Assembly (NCBI GenBank): GCA_050613775.1
Contig: JBODTK010000130.1
Location: 248,001 to 312,000 of the forward strand
Length of the DNA stretch: 64,000 nt
Reading direction: 5' to 3'
Source: Neocallimastix sp. 'constans'
Lineage: Eukaryota
How positions within the stretch are numbered: position 1 is the first letter of the stretch; each line of letters starts with the position of its first letter. The position numbers and the translations under genes were made by a program. This document shows positions 40,354-53,734 of the stretch, in pieces. The notes beneath the pieces are model-generated. The model had not been told where the DNA came from. It saw nothing but the letters and a program-made list of their open reading frames with translations, and did no database searches.

Positions 40354-40866
40354 TGATAAAGTATGGTATATATCTTGTTTCCCATCTTTATCTAATATAC
40401 TAAATAAAATTATTTATAAGAAAATAATTAAATTCATTCAATAGAAATAAATTTATTTTATAACCTTTTATGTTATTAATTATTTATTATAAAAACTTAT
40501 AATACTAATTCTTAAGGTAATTAGTAAACCTCTACTAAACTTATCTAATTTTTCAGGCTAATTAGTAACCTTTAAACATTCTTTTTATTATTATCTAATT
40601 TTACTGGACAATTAGTAACATTTTGTTAAATAAATATTTTATATTCCTATTTATATTTGTTATCTAAATTAAAGTAATCTTTATAAATAATAATTTTTAC
40701 TAAAGTATTTAACATTTCTAAACAATTACATTTACAAGTTATTTTTATAATTTTATTAATATAAATTTTTTACTATTTAACTATTTAATAATTTTATACT
40801 TATAATCTATATAACTTTAATATATTTATTTTAATTTATTATTATTTAAAGTTTCATTCTATATCA
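40354..40866 (+). repeat. Solo LTR family H
   Basis: TGATAAAG...TATATCA; near-identical to 51283-51749 from position 40401 onward. Confidence 0.88.
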
Positions 40867-40871
40867 TTTTT

Positions 40872-40922
40872 TGTGTAAGAATCTATAATTATTTTTAACA
40901 AAATAATTATATTTTCTTAGTT
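40872..40922 (+). repeat. First 51 bp of an LTR family X copy
   Basis: Matches 11524-11572 and then breaks abruptly at TGTCAC. Confidence 0.8.
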
Positions 40923-42084
40923 TGTCACGAATACTAGTGAATTTGAAGTTAAAATTCACTATTAGATCAATTGAAATTTAATTTAGTTATTGACAAAAAT
41001 TATTTTAATTCGATTTTAATTATAAAAATAAATATTAGAAACATTAAAGAATTAGAAACCAAAGGGTTTGGACTTATTTATTAAAGATAATTTAATTTAA
41101 TTTAACCCTTTAGAATTTGATAAAAATAACATGAAGAAAAACAACGATAACTCAACAAATAATGAAAATATTATATTGATATTCCCGCTAAAATTATATC
41201 CACTGGAAAGCTACGGTCGAGAACTACAACATATGTTAAAATCAACCTTATTGGACAACTAGATAACGAGATATTGGACTTTAAAGATATTTAAATATAA
41301 AAATATAATTTAATTATTTAATTAAGACCCTAAATTATTAATTAAGAAATTTATATTAGATAAATCTCTTAACTTGAAAATTATATTATTAATTTTTATT
41401 ATTAATTAAAAATACAGAATTAGTTATTAGTAATAGTTTTATAATATTTTAAATAAGTTTTATAAGTTTTATATATTTAAGGAATTATTTATCATTCTAA
41501 AGATTTCCGAAAGAGAATTTTTAATTAGTTTTAATATTTTATTTTATTTTATTTTATTTTATTTTATATTTGATTATTAAATTAGTTTTATTATTAAATT
41601 GTTTTATGAATAATTATATAGTTATTTTATTAAAAGATTCTTATCAATATTATTTTATTATTATATTTTATATATTTTATATACATGTATGAATATATTA
41701 AGATTAAAATGTATTAATTAATTATATTGTTAATTATTATTTTAGTTTAGTATAAAAAGGATTTGAAATTCCATATTTGAATTCTTTGTATGATTATTAA
41801 TTTAATGTGTTAACTTAAAGTTAATGAATTAATTATAGCAATAAATAATTTTTTATATTAATCTTAGTTAATTTTATTATTAAAATATATATTAAATAAA
41901 GTTCTAATAAAACATAAATCTTAAATATTGAAATCTTAATTATAAAACTCTGTGTGTGCTATTTATTATTTAAATTTAATTAAATTGTTATAATTAATAA
42001 AAACATCTTGACCTGACCAATTTAACCCAAACTAGGAAAAATTTAACTAAAATCTTACCTATCTACCTACAAAAAACTTTTACA
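40923..42084. mobile_element. LTR-like insertion with mismatched flanks (probable recombinant solo LTR)
   Basis: TGTCAC...TTTACA; left flank is LTR X (TAGTT), right flank is LTR J (TACTT). Confidence 0.65.
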
Positions 42085-42872
42085 TACTTTAGAATCCATT
42101 ATATTGTTTTTTACTTAATAATACTTTACTATATTTTCTATACTAAATTATTTTATAAATATAATTTTTTTATATTTTTATTAAAAGTTTCTAAAATATT
42201 ATCAATAATTCTATATTTTTATTATTAATATCAATATCTATAATTTAACCTTAATTTTATTATTTTATTAAAGTGTTTATTATCAATATTAATATTTTAT
42301 TTTTATTTTCAAATATATTATTATATTATTATTATATTGTATCAATATTAAAATTGTATTCTTTTTAGTATTTTATTTTATTTTTAAATTGTTTATTTAA
42401 TATTTTTATTCCCCACAAATAAAATCAAATCTTAATTGATTAATAATAAATATTAAATATATTGTAGTTTTTAAATTTATTTTATATAAAATATTAGAAT
42501 ATTATATTAATATTCTTGATTAAAATAACTTTATTTTTCTGTAAAATCTTTTTAAGTTTTGTTTGTTTCTTTTCGTATATATTAAATAATTTAGTTTTAG
42601 TATATGAAAAATAATATAAAATTATATAAACAAAATTTATTAAAATAAAAATACTTATGAATTAGTTAATTTAAATTAATATAAAATTTGAAGTAATTAG
42701 TAATAGTAAATTATTTTTTTTTAAATATGATAATAAAATATAGAAAGGCTTTACATATTTATTTTTTTCAAAAAGTATAAATAAGTGAAGTTTTTCAATA
42801 ATTAAAATGTAGACAGAAAAATATTAAAAATAAATAATTAATAAAATTTCTAATAAAACCCGAACCATAACA
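42085..42872 (+). repeat. LTR family J lacking its first 46 bp
   Basis: Highly similar to 52463-53263; ends CCCGAACCATAACA followed by TTT. Confidence 0.88.
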
Positions 42873-42875
42873 TTT

Positions 42876-43882
42876 TGATGAAGAATGAAATTATAAAATC
42901 AAATATTATAATAAAATTTATTTAAAAATTAAATTTTAACCTTAAATAAGATTAAATTATCTGAACCTTAAATAAGATTAAATTATCTGAACCTTAAATA
43001 ATTCTGCTTTAATAAAATTAAAACTAAAAATCAATCATGATCTTCTAGAAAAATTGTGTTTCTAGAAAAAAGAAAAATATTATAATAACTTTAAAAGATA
43101 ACTTTTAATAATCTTGTTTTTATCAACGATATGATTTCTTTTTTTCTTTATTGCTATTCTTTTATTTCTTTATTATTCCTTTATTTCTATAATAAAATAT
43201 AATTATTCTTTTATTTCTTTTCTTACTAAAATTATAAATACCTTAAATTCGTGTAAAAATATAAATACTTTTAAATATTTCTTTTAATTATTCTTCGTTG
43301 TTATTAAATTATTAAATTAATAAAATAATAAATAATAACCAAAATAAATAAATAAAATAAATTAGATAATTATTTAATAAAAATTAATAAAGATAAATAA
43401 TAATTATTTTACGTTATAATTAAATAAAAAATAAAATGAAATAGTTTAATAAAATTATAAATTTTAGCTATAATTTAGAATAGTTTAATAATATTAGAAT
43501 AGATTAATAATAAAAATAATTTATTCTTTAAAATTATTATAATAAATAATTAATAATTAATAAAAACTTATTTTATATAAAATTATTATAAATAAAGTTA
43601 ATAATAAAAATCTAATAGTAAAAATTTAATAAAATATAAAAATTGATAATTCATTTAGTGTATAATTAAATAATTATTAATTTAATTAATAAAAATAATT
43701 TATTATTATTAGAATAGTTATTAAACTAGGAAATAATAATAAATAATAACGAATAATAATAAGTAATAATAAATAATCATAGATAACAATTAATAAATAA
43801 TAAGGTATAAAATACTTTGGATAAGCAATTACCACTTTTAGGATATTTCTAAATAAATTAAGGTAATTGTTACATTTTATCA
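42876..43882 (+). repeat. Solo LTR S6
   Basis: TGATGAAGAATG...TTTTATCA, then TT and the next TG start; no second copy to confirm the right end. Confidence 0.6.
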
Positions 43883-45678
43883 TTTGAAAAAGAACAAAAC
43901 AATTATTAAATAGTAATAATTTTCATAATATATTATAAATATTCCAATTATAATTATTATTGATTCCTTATTAAACTAAACTTTCCTATATTCTTCCTTC
44001 ATGGAAATTCTGAAATATTGATGGTAAATATTATTATTTTTCTAAAAGTTTCTAAAAGATTTCTATATTAAGAATCCCTTAAATAAATTCTATAAATTTT
44101 TAGAAAATTCTAAATAATTAAAATAAAAATATTGGTTAATTATTAATATATATATATATAAAAAAAAATTTTTTTTATTTATTCAGAATAAATTAGTAAT
44201 AAATATATTATATATTTTAATATAAATTACCAATTGAAAAAAAAAAAAAAAAAAATTTTTTTTTATTCCACTAATAAAATTAAAACTTATTAGTAATGAA
44301 TTTCTAATGTTTTCGAAAAGATTTTATCATATTTATTCAATTATACTCTTAATAAATATAATATATATTGAATAATTATTAAAATTAATTTCAAAAATCC
44401 TAATTTTAATTCAAACTCTTTTTTTTTATTGAGGCTTTACAATTAAAATAAAATTGAAAAAGTATAAATAGACTTATATCTACTCGATAAAAAAAAGCAG
44501 AGTCTTTCCTTAGATTATAATAATACTATTAACAATATTAAAATAATAAAAATAATATTAATAATAAGAATATTTTTTTTAGTTTAGTTTTAAATAGTTT
44601 AGTTTTAAATAGTTTAGTTTTAATAGTTATTTAATTAAATTTTTAGTTATAATAGTTTAGTTAATATTAGTTTAGTGCATAGTTTAATAAATAGTTTCAT
44701 TTAGTTATAAAAAAAATATTTTGTTTAATAAATAGTTGTAATAATTAATTTAATTATTAGTTAAAAAAAATAACAAATAAACAAATAAACAAATAAACAA
44801 ATAAACAAATAAATAAATTAATAAATAAATAAAAATAAAAAAAAATAACAAAATAAATTGTTTTTATTGTAATCCTTTTATTTCTTATATAACCGAACAT
44901 TAGAAATGGTGGAGATATCGGGGATATAAGAAATAAAAGTAAGGAAAGATAAATATTATAAAAAGAAAAAAAATTTTTTTTGTTAATTATAACAATAAAA
45001 AAAAAATTTTTAAAATTTTAGTTTATTAATTGTGATATATAAAATTTAAAATTCTTATAATTAATAATTACTATATACTTATATAGTATTTCACAACGGT
45101 ATACTGAGTAGAGGTTGCGTTTAAAAATATAAAAATAATTAAATAATAGAGAGTAGAATAGGGAAGCCTCTTGTAGAAGCGAGAGAGTAAAGGGTTTTAG
45201 AATAAGATTATAAATTACCAGTAAGTTGGATATTGAAAAAGCCGTAAATTCCATGTTTCAATTGGTAGGCACAATAAAAAACTTCATTTATAATTGACGG
45301 TTCTAAGATCGAGGTTGAAAATCGTAGAGAGACGACCTGCGGGTTTCGAATATTTTATTTAATTATAATATATGCAAATGAAATAATAAAAAAAAAAAAA
45401 ATAAAAAAATAAAAAAAAAAATTATTTTTGATTCTTAGATATATAATTAGCAGTTGGGAATAACTGGATTATATATATATTATATTTCTTAATTTTAATT
45501 ATAGACTGTCGAAAGGATTTCGAGTCTACAATAGGAGGAATAGACTGTCAAAAGGATTTTTGAGTCTAAAAATTTAATTTATATTATTTTATAAAATCAA
45601 TAATAATTACTCTATATAAAAAAGTAAATTTTTTTTATTAAGTTGGAATATTTATTAATACATTTTTTATTATCAAAG

Positions 45679-46575
45679 ATGACTAACCAGGAAATCGATT
45701 TCAAATCTTTGAAGAAGGAACTCAAAGATATTGAAAAATTAACCAAGGATAACTTAGATATTAAGACTTGGGCCTCAGAAATACAATTATGGATTGAGCT
45801 TGAAGAAGTTACTAATCCAAAGAAAATATTTATTGCATGCGTTTTAACATCTACGGGTGAACCGAGGAAGGTAATTCAAGAATTGAAGAATAATTTGGAT
45901 AATTACGATAGTGATGATGAAGACGAAGATAATGAGGAAAGTGACAATGAAAGTAACGACGAAAATGTTACTTCTTATCCTACATTCTCAGAGATTATTG
46001 ATGCATTAGAGGTGTTTTACGGCATTAAGGAAGATCAGAATTTATTAGTAAGAGAAATCCGTTCCCTAAGAATAAAACGTAATGAAAAAGTGAAAGATTT
46101 TAACACACGCTTTAGATCTTTATACTTGAAACTAGACAAGAAGCATAAGAAGCAAGTAAGTGTTTTAGATTACATGTATTCTTTAAGAAACAATGAAGAA
46201 GCATGGAAAAGATGGAAAAGAGTCTCCTTACAAAATGATATTTCTTTAAAACAAGCTTATGAAGCAGCTGAAAAGGTAGATAGATTAATGATTAACCAAA
46301 CCAGACTTACAAATCAAGAGAATTACCATCGAAGCAATTATAATAGTAATAATACTTTCAAACGTAATTCTCCCTCTATACCTTATAATAAGAAATTAGA
46401 CCCTGAAGAACTAAAGAAAACTAATGTAGATGTTGAAAGGGAAAATCTTACTAGTAAAATGAAACATTTAACTATTAAAACTTGTTTCTATTGTGAAGAA
46501 AAAGGTCATTACAGTAATCATTGTCCTAAACTTCAGTCCATTATTCAAGAATACAAAAGAAAGTACTTCAACTAA
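45679..46575 (+). CDS. gag: Gag of element 4 (premature TAA just before the frameshift site)
   Basis: MTNQEIDFKSLKKELKD; CFYCEEKGHYSNHC; alignable to element 3 Gag. Confidence 0.85.
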   Translation: MTNQEIDFKSLKKELKDIEKLTKDNLDIKTWASEIQLWIELEEVTNPKKIFIACVLTSTGEPRKVIQELKNNLDNYDSDDEDEDNEESDNESNDENVTSYPTFSEIIDALEVFYGIKEDQNLLVREIRSLRIKRNEKVKDFNTRFRSLYLKLDKKHKKQVSVLDYMYSLRNNEEAWKRWKRVSLQNDISLKQAYEAAEKVDRLMINQTRLTNQENYHRSNYNSNNTFKRNSPSIPYNKKLDPEELKKTNVDVERENLTSKMKHLTIKTCFYCEEKGHYSNHCPKLQSIIQEYKRKYFN

Positions 46576-46589
46576 AACCACAATATTCC

Positions 46590-48470
46590 TTTAAATCAAT
46601 AGTCGGGAGTAGAAGCACTCCCAGAACAAAAAAACTAGCTTCAATTCAATTTCACCCTAATAAAGAGATTTCCTTCCCAGATGTTCTAACAGTAAATAAA
46701 ATTGGTAGTAAGGAAGAAACGAACTCAGAAAACAATAATAGAAGTTGTAATACTAATAGTCTTTATGAAATAAACCATGACCCAGATGAGGAAGAAAATC
46801 TCAATGAAGCCAATTTTACTATGGCGGCTGCAAAAAGAAAAATAGAAAAAGTAGATGATACTATAGAAAACTATGAAAATCGTGAATACAAAAGTTTGAA
46901 AAATAATCCTAGACCAATAGCAAACCCGCACTTCGAAAGAAGAGAGAAAGAGAATTGGAAATAAATCCCCCAAAACCAGCTGAAAAGCAACTACATACTT
47001 CCTTTATAGCCCAACCTAGAAATAGTAAAGAAAAGGCCAAGGCTAAAGAAGCTCGTGATAAAGAGAGAGGAAGTATAAGCATTGAACCAAAAATCAAATC
47101 TAATGCAAAATCTACAAATAAAGAAGAAACAACCCCAATAATAAATATAGATGACGACCTAGAGGACTTAGAAAACCTCAAAGAAATAGAAACAATTGAA
47201 AAGTTAATGGAAGAAGGAAATACGGAAAAGAAAATCTCCACCCCTAAAGTTAAACGGAAAATTCAAATGTTAGAGGATCAAGAAGAATATGATGTCTTAA
47301 AAGATTTAAATAATATAAGATGCAACATCACATTCGGACAATTAATAAATTCTTCACCCCAAATTAGATCTCAAGTTTCTCAGGGGCTAAAGTTAGTTAA
47401 GAAAGATAAAATAGCGGGAGCAGTAAAAATATTACTGCCATGACAGTCATGGTCAATAACGTAGACCACTCTTACAAAAGCAATAGAAAGGAAATCCAAG
47501 AGGATGATATTGCCATGGTTGACTGCACAGTTGAAGGCATTAAAGGTAAACTTTTAATCGACTCTTGTAGTAATCTAAATATAATAACTCGAAAATATTT
47601 AGACAAAATTCCAAGAAACTTTGAACCAATTGGTATAAGCTGTGGTCTCATCCGTCTTTCTACTAACAATGATGAGTACTCAGAGAGTGTCATAATTAGA
47701 GTACCTATTCGAATTAACAATATTACTATGACTGTAAATTGTCGAATTGTAGAAAAAGAAGATCCATTCTATGATGTTTTAATAAATCTTAAAACACAAG
47801 CTGTTCATAGATTATTCATACATCCTGTATTAAACAGTCTTTGTAGATTCTCAACTAAAGGACTCATTGAAAAGATTGCATAGTTAAATAATGATTTTGA
47901 AGACGAACCAAAACTTTTATGTTCAGTAACAAAAATTGACGATAAAGAAGAAGTTAATATTAAAGCAAAGTTAAAAACCATTGAAGATTGAAGGATTACC
48001 TCCCTTAGATTATATACATAATGATATTTTTAAAAATACTCTGAATAAAGACTTTCAAGACAAAATTCTTAAATTATTGGAGGATAACATAGAAATTGTT
48101 GCGACTTCCTCAGAAGAATTAACACCATCAGATTTGACTCCCCATAAAATTGAATTAAAAGAAGGAACTAAACCGGTTAAGCAGAAGAGTTATAAGTTAA
48201 CAAAATTTAAATCTGATATTCTGAAAGAATTACTGATTGACCTAATTGAGAGGAAATTAATTGAACCCTCTCATTCAACTTGGAGTTCTCCAGTAGTATT
48301 GGTTCCAAAACCAAATGGAAAATGGAGATTATGTGTAGATTACAGAAAAGTTAACGAAGCCACTGAAAAAGACTCTTACGCATTACCTTATATCGATGAA
48401 ATATTTGATAGTCTACAAGGCGCAAAAATTTTTACTACCATGCATCTTTACTCTGGTTACCATCAGATAT
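46590..48470 (+). pseudogene. pol: Frameshifted and stopped pol fragments (protease, start of RT)
   Basis: Pieces 46955-47443, 47440-47883 (LIDSCSN) and 47981-48470 (WSSPVVLV, LCVDYRKVN). Confidence 0.9.
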
Positions 48471-49101
48471 ACAATGATAACAATTCACATGACGCTTTTG
48501 AGAACGCCATTGAATTAGATTAAAAACTTAATTTTATAATATATACTTAATATATTAAATAATATAAATTTTTAAATAGTTTTATTTTATTATTTATAGT
48601 ATAGGAAATATCAATAATTAAAATATGTAATTTTTATATAAAATTTATTTTTTAAAAAAAAAAAAAAAAAAAAAAATAAAAGTATAAAAGGGGATAAGAT
48701 TTCCATGAAATTTAATCTTCATACTTTTATTTTGAACGTTAATATTTGAATAATTATACAATATAAAATCCTTTTAATAAAATAAATTATAATAAAACTG
48801 ATCACTTTATTATTAATAAATAAATTAATATTATTAAAAGTAAAAATAAAAAACATAAACAGTTTTTTAGATTGGTGTATAGTTTGCAAGATATTATTTA
48901 CGTGAGATAAAACTCTGTAAAATCTTTATAAGCAAACTTTGGTGTTTTTTAATATTTTTTCAAACAAAAAAATTAATCGCTTCCAAAGACTCTTGTAAAG
49001 TAATTCAATTTTCCTCAAAGAAATTGAAGAAAAACGAATTTTATTTTTCAAAATAAAAGTATATATACATATGCATAATAAAATTAGCTAAATAATCAAC
49101 G

Positions 49102-49756
49102 TTGTACTATTCTACCGAGGAACTCAACAAATTACAGGAGGAATTTAAGGATAATACATATCAAATCTACCACCTAAGAAGAAATTCCTACCCTACGATT
49201 ATCACTAAAGACTCAATAAATCCTAATAAACTTACTTTCACATTAAACATGGCCAAGGACATTATTACAAAACCAATGAAAAAGGTAACTTCTAATAAGA
49301 AGAACCAAAAAGAAGCTTCAGGAATTAAAGGAGATAAGTCTTCTATAAAAGACACTCCTGCTACCCATCCAAAAGAAGGTAAGACCGAAATGGTCTTGGA
49401 AGATGCCACAGGCACTAGTGGTACTGAGCCAGAGCTCATTAATTCCGCCGCTCAGCTTAGCCTGACGTCAGGTGAAAACGCGGTTAACCAAGATGCTGAA
49501 AAACCTGGAAATAATAACGTTATACTCTTACCATATGAAGAAGATAGTAAGATGGCTGAACCAGATTCACCTATAGACAATGAAATGGAAGAAGTAGAAA
49601 AATACTTCGACTCACTACCGACAGAAAATCCTTCACTTGAATCGTCCATCAAGAATTCTTACGGAGGTTCAGGGCCTATAGCGTCATATAATAATGACAA
49701 CCCAGGAGCTACGGTTTTACTCGCAAACAACGCGATGTTCCAAGAAATGCAGAAAC
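49102..49756 (+). pseudogene. Unidentified coding fragment, possibly the N-terminus of a retroelement Gag
   Basis: Open frame with raised GC and a disordered K/E/S/P-rich product; cut off by the inverted element 6; no diagnostic motif. Confidence 0.3.
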
Positions 49757-51066
49757 ATAAGTATCCTTACGATGTTATCTTCAACAGCTGTAATTATATA
49801 ACTGAATTTATTCTCATCGGTAGTAATACCTTCCCTCTTAAACCAATCATTAATTTTAAACTTCCAGATTTCTGCATCTCTACGAGATCCACCAATTCTT
49901 GGAAGAGTCCCAGTATCTACCCGATTGCAGTTAAAATTATTATTCCTCATTATAAGCAATTAATTTAAAAAAAAATAATAGTACTTATCTATTAAATTTT
50001 TGTACTTTTTTTTTTTTTTTTTTTAAATATTTATATATACAATTATAAAGTTTATATATATATTATTATTTAATATAATTATAAAATATTCCGAATTCTT
50101 ATTTATTTTAAAACAATTTATTTAAATTATACTAAAATGAATGAAATAACAAATAGTGTATAACTTTCTCTTCACCAAAGATAAAATAATTATAAATAGC
50201 CAATAAAAAAAATTAAAAATTTATATCCTAAACAGTGTATTTTAATTAATCCTAACTGAAGAGAATTTATGTAAATATTTACGGATTTATAATTAATCAA
50301 CAAAATTACTAAACAACACTACTTATAAATTATTTTTTACACAGCACATCCCCGATATCTCCACCAATTTTTGATATGCGGGACTTTTATGTGCTACTAA
50401 TTTTTAATAGTATCGTTATATTTAATTAACCTTTATTAATATATTTTAATTTATAAAACCCAATTAACCAAGGGTCTTCTCTAAACTACAATTAAAGAAG
50501 AGTAGTTATTAGGAATCTTTATAATAATTTAATTATTAATAATAATAAATATACATTTAAAATATATTATATCGGAGTATAGTATAATATATAATATATA
50601 TTAAAATAATAAATATAATAAATATAACTATATAATTCTTAAAATGAAAATAAGAATAATAAAGTTAAATATATAAGAATATAATTATATAATAAATATG
50701 AATATAATAAATAATAACAACTATATATATTTAATTATAATTAAAATAACTAAAACTATTTCATTATATTATATATTATAATATAAAGAAGTATTATGTA
50801 TTTTTAATATAAATTTTAAAATAAATATGAATAGTTAAGTTATATATATAATAATATTCTTATTATATATATTTAGAAGAAATTAACTATTTAATTTAAT
50901 ATATTTAATATATTTCATATTATAATGAATAATATATATAAATATTGAATAATATGAATAAGAAATTATTTCAAATATTATTATTGACAAAAGAGATATA
51001 AATTTAATATTTAATAATTATTATTAAATATACAAATATGTTGCTACACATATTTGTTTTATATCA
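49757..51066 (-). mobile_element. Truncated Ty3/gypsy element 6 (5' LTR, PBS, gag N-terminus)
   Basis: LTR 50372-51066 (TGATAT...ATATCA), PBS 50349-50366, ORF from ATG 49950 (MRNNNF...WKFKINDWFKREGITTDENKF); sits inside a family F LTR. Confidence 0.78.
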
Positions 51067-51282
51067 AATGTATCATTGAAATTAATTATTAATATAAACC
51101 TTATTTATTAATATTCTCAGAATTATTAGGCCTAAGATAACCCTTTAAATATTAAACAAGAATTTATATTAATTATTAATTATTTAAATATATATATTAT
51201 TTATAATTAAATAAATAATATTTTTAATTATTGAAATGTAAATAAATGAAATTGAGATTTCAATTCAGTTATAATTTCAACA
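51067..51282. repeat. Partial family F LTR
   Basis: Reverse complement of about 37854-38065; ends TTTCAACA. Confidence 0.85.
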
Positions 51283-51749
51283 TAAATAAAATTATTTATA
51301 AGAAAATAATTAAATTCATTCAATAGAAATAAATTTATTTTATAACCTTATATGTTATTAATTATTTATTATAAAAACTTATAATACTAATTCTTAAGGT
51401 AATTAGTAAACCTCTACTAAACTTATCTAATTTTTCAGGCTAATTAGTAACCTTTAAACATTCTTTTTATTATTATCTAATTTTACTGGACAATTAGTAA
51501 CATTTCGTTAAATAAATATTTTTTATTCCTATTTATATTTGTTATCTAAATTAAAGTAATCTTTATAAACAATAATTTTTACTAAAGTATTTAACATTTC
51601 TAAACAATTACATTTACAAGTTATTTTTATAATTTTATTAATATAAATTTTTTTACTATTTAACTATTTAATAATTTTATACTTATAATCTATATAACTT
51701 TAATATATTTATTTTAATTTATTATTATTTAAAGTTTCATTCTATATCA
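51283..51749 (+). repeat. LTR family H lacking its first 47 bp
   Basis: Near-identical to 40401-40866, followed by TTTTT. Confidence 0.88.
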
Positions 51750-51754
51750 TTTTT

Positions 51755-52412
51755 TGATAAGGTACCACTATAAAAATAAGATTTAGGTAGGAAATTTAGG
51801 TTAGAAATATTGTATAAATATTATTGGTTATAATAATTAAAATAATTTATATATAGTTATTCAAATAATTATTTTTAAAAAGTATGGTTAATTCTTTTAT
51901 CATAATTAAAATAGATAAATTATATTATTAATGATTCTATTATTATGATAATAAATTAATTCATCATTATTATTAATAAGTTTTATTTTATATTTTAAAT
52001 ATTATTTTGAGAATTATATAGTTTTAGGAATTATATTATAAATATTGATAATTATATTTTATTTAGGAAATATATTTTAAATATTAATAGTTAAATATAT
52101 TTAATAATGAAATTGTAGTTTTAAATAAAGTTATTAGGAAATTAATAGTTGAAGAAATATGTTTAATAAAAATATAATATTAAATAATTATTTTAACAAT
52201 TATATAGAATTAAGAGAATATAATAATAAATATTTATGTATGTAAAAATAAAATTATAAAAATAAATAAAGAATAAAAAATTATTATAAAACATTATTAT
52301 TATAAATTATTTTCTTATATTTATTAGAATATATTATCCTGTCATAATTCCCTAGAGAAACGACCAAATAAATAAATAACTAGATATGGAATATTGTAAA
52401 TGTTCTGTATCA
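51755..52412 (+). repeat. Solo LTR K, distantly related to the element 1 LTR
   Basis: TGATAAGG...TGTATCA with T-run flanks; 3' part resembles element 1 U5 (ATTAGAATATA...AATTCCC...GTATCA). Confidence 0.78.
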
Positions 52413-53343
52413 TTTTTGGTAAAGAACGAACATATAATGGATTATTAATTAGAATTTCAACTTACTTTAGAATCCATTATATTGTTCTTTACTTAATATT
52501 ACTTTACTATATTTTCTATACTAAAATATTTTCTAAATATATTTTTTTTTTATATTTTTATTAAAAGTTTCTAAAATATTATCAATAATTCTATATTTTT
52601 ATTATTAATATCAATATCTATAATTTAACCTTAAATTTTATTATTTTATTAAAGTGTTTATTATCAAAATTAAAATTTTATTTTTATTTTCAAATATATT
52701 ATTATATTATTATTATATTGTATCAATATTAAACTTGTATTCTTTTTAGTATTTTTATTTTATTTTTAAATTGATTATTTAATATTTTTATTCCCCACAA
52801 ATAAACTCAAATCTTAATTGATTAATAATAAATATTAAATATATTATAGTTTTTAAATTTATTTTATATAAAATATAAGAATATTATATTAACATTCTTG
52901 ATTAAAATAATTTTATTTTTCTTTAAAATCTTTTTAAATTTTGTTTGTTACTTTTCGTATATATTAAATAATTTAGTTTTAGTATATGAAAATAATATAA
53001 AATTATATAAACAAAATTTATTAAAATAAAAATACTTATGAATTAGTTAATTTAAATTAATATAAAATTTGAAGTAATTAGTAATAGTAAATTTTTTTTT
53101 AAATATAATAATAAAATGTAGAAAGGCTTTACATATTTATTTTTTTTCAAAAAGTATAAATAAGTGAAGTTTTTCAATAATTAAAATGTAAACAAAAAAA
53201 AAATAAAAAAAAATAAATAATTAAATAAAAATTCTAATAAAACGTAATACCCGAACCATAACATAAATTATGGTGGAGATATCGGGGAATATTAGAAAAA
53301 TAAAATTTAATATTATTTATTAATTAAATTATTTAACAAAGTC

Positions 53344-53508
53344 TTGGATATAGATTTCCGGGCTAAGTTTAACCTACATAGTAATTGGGCTAGTAGGCTC
53401 TGGACTTCTGTATTTTATATTGAATACAGTAGCCGTGGTACTCGCGTGGCATAACGCCGTGAAGAGGCAAGCTGCACGTCAGACAGGGTATACTATCAGA
53501 TTATCCAA
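53344..53508 (+). ncRNA. Conserved structured RNA cassette (copy B)
   Basis: Homologue of 26551-26710 with compensatory substitutions. Confidence 0.75.
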
Positions 53509-53734
53509 AAGTTTTGTTAAATAATAATAATTAATAATTTAATATTAATAATAATAATAATAAAAATTATAATAAAAAAAAATATTTAAAAAAAAAAAAA
53601 AATAAAATAAAAAAAAATTTGGGAAAACTTTAATTTTTGTAGTAACTTTATTTAATCATAGATTATAAAAAAAAATAATAATAATAAAAAATAATAAAAA
53701 GTTAACAAATTTAAGAAGTTATAATTCGAGTAAG

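Larger units (their letters stand above)
43885..48470 (+). mobile_element. Degenerate, 3'-truncated Ty3/gypsy element 4 (relative of element 3)
   Basis: 5' LTR about 43885-44899, PBS 44907-44924, gag, and fragmented pol ending inside RT (YSGYHQI). Confidence 0.88.

Noticed and set aside
48870..48890. TGGTGTATAGTTTGCAAG as a PBS for the 49102 ORF
   Set aside because: No CA-ending LTR directly upstream and no tRNA match that I can support.
49102..49968. 288-aa ORF as a single gene
   Set aside because: Chimeric: the last ~70 codons are the antisense of the element 6 gag.
40354..51749. The two H LTRs (or the two J LTRs) as paired ends of one giant element
   Set aside because: No PBS follows the left copies; each is followed by a T-run and another LTR, consistent with independent insertions.
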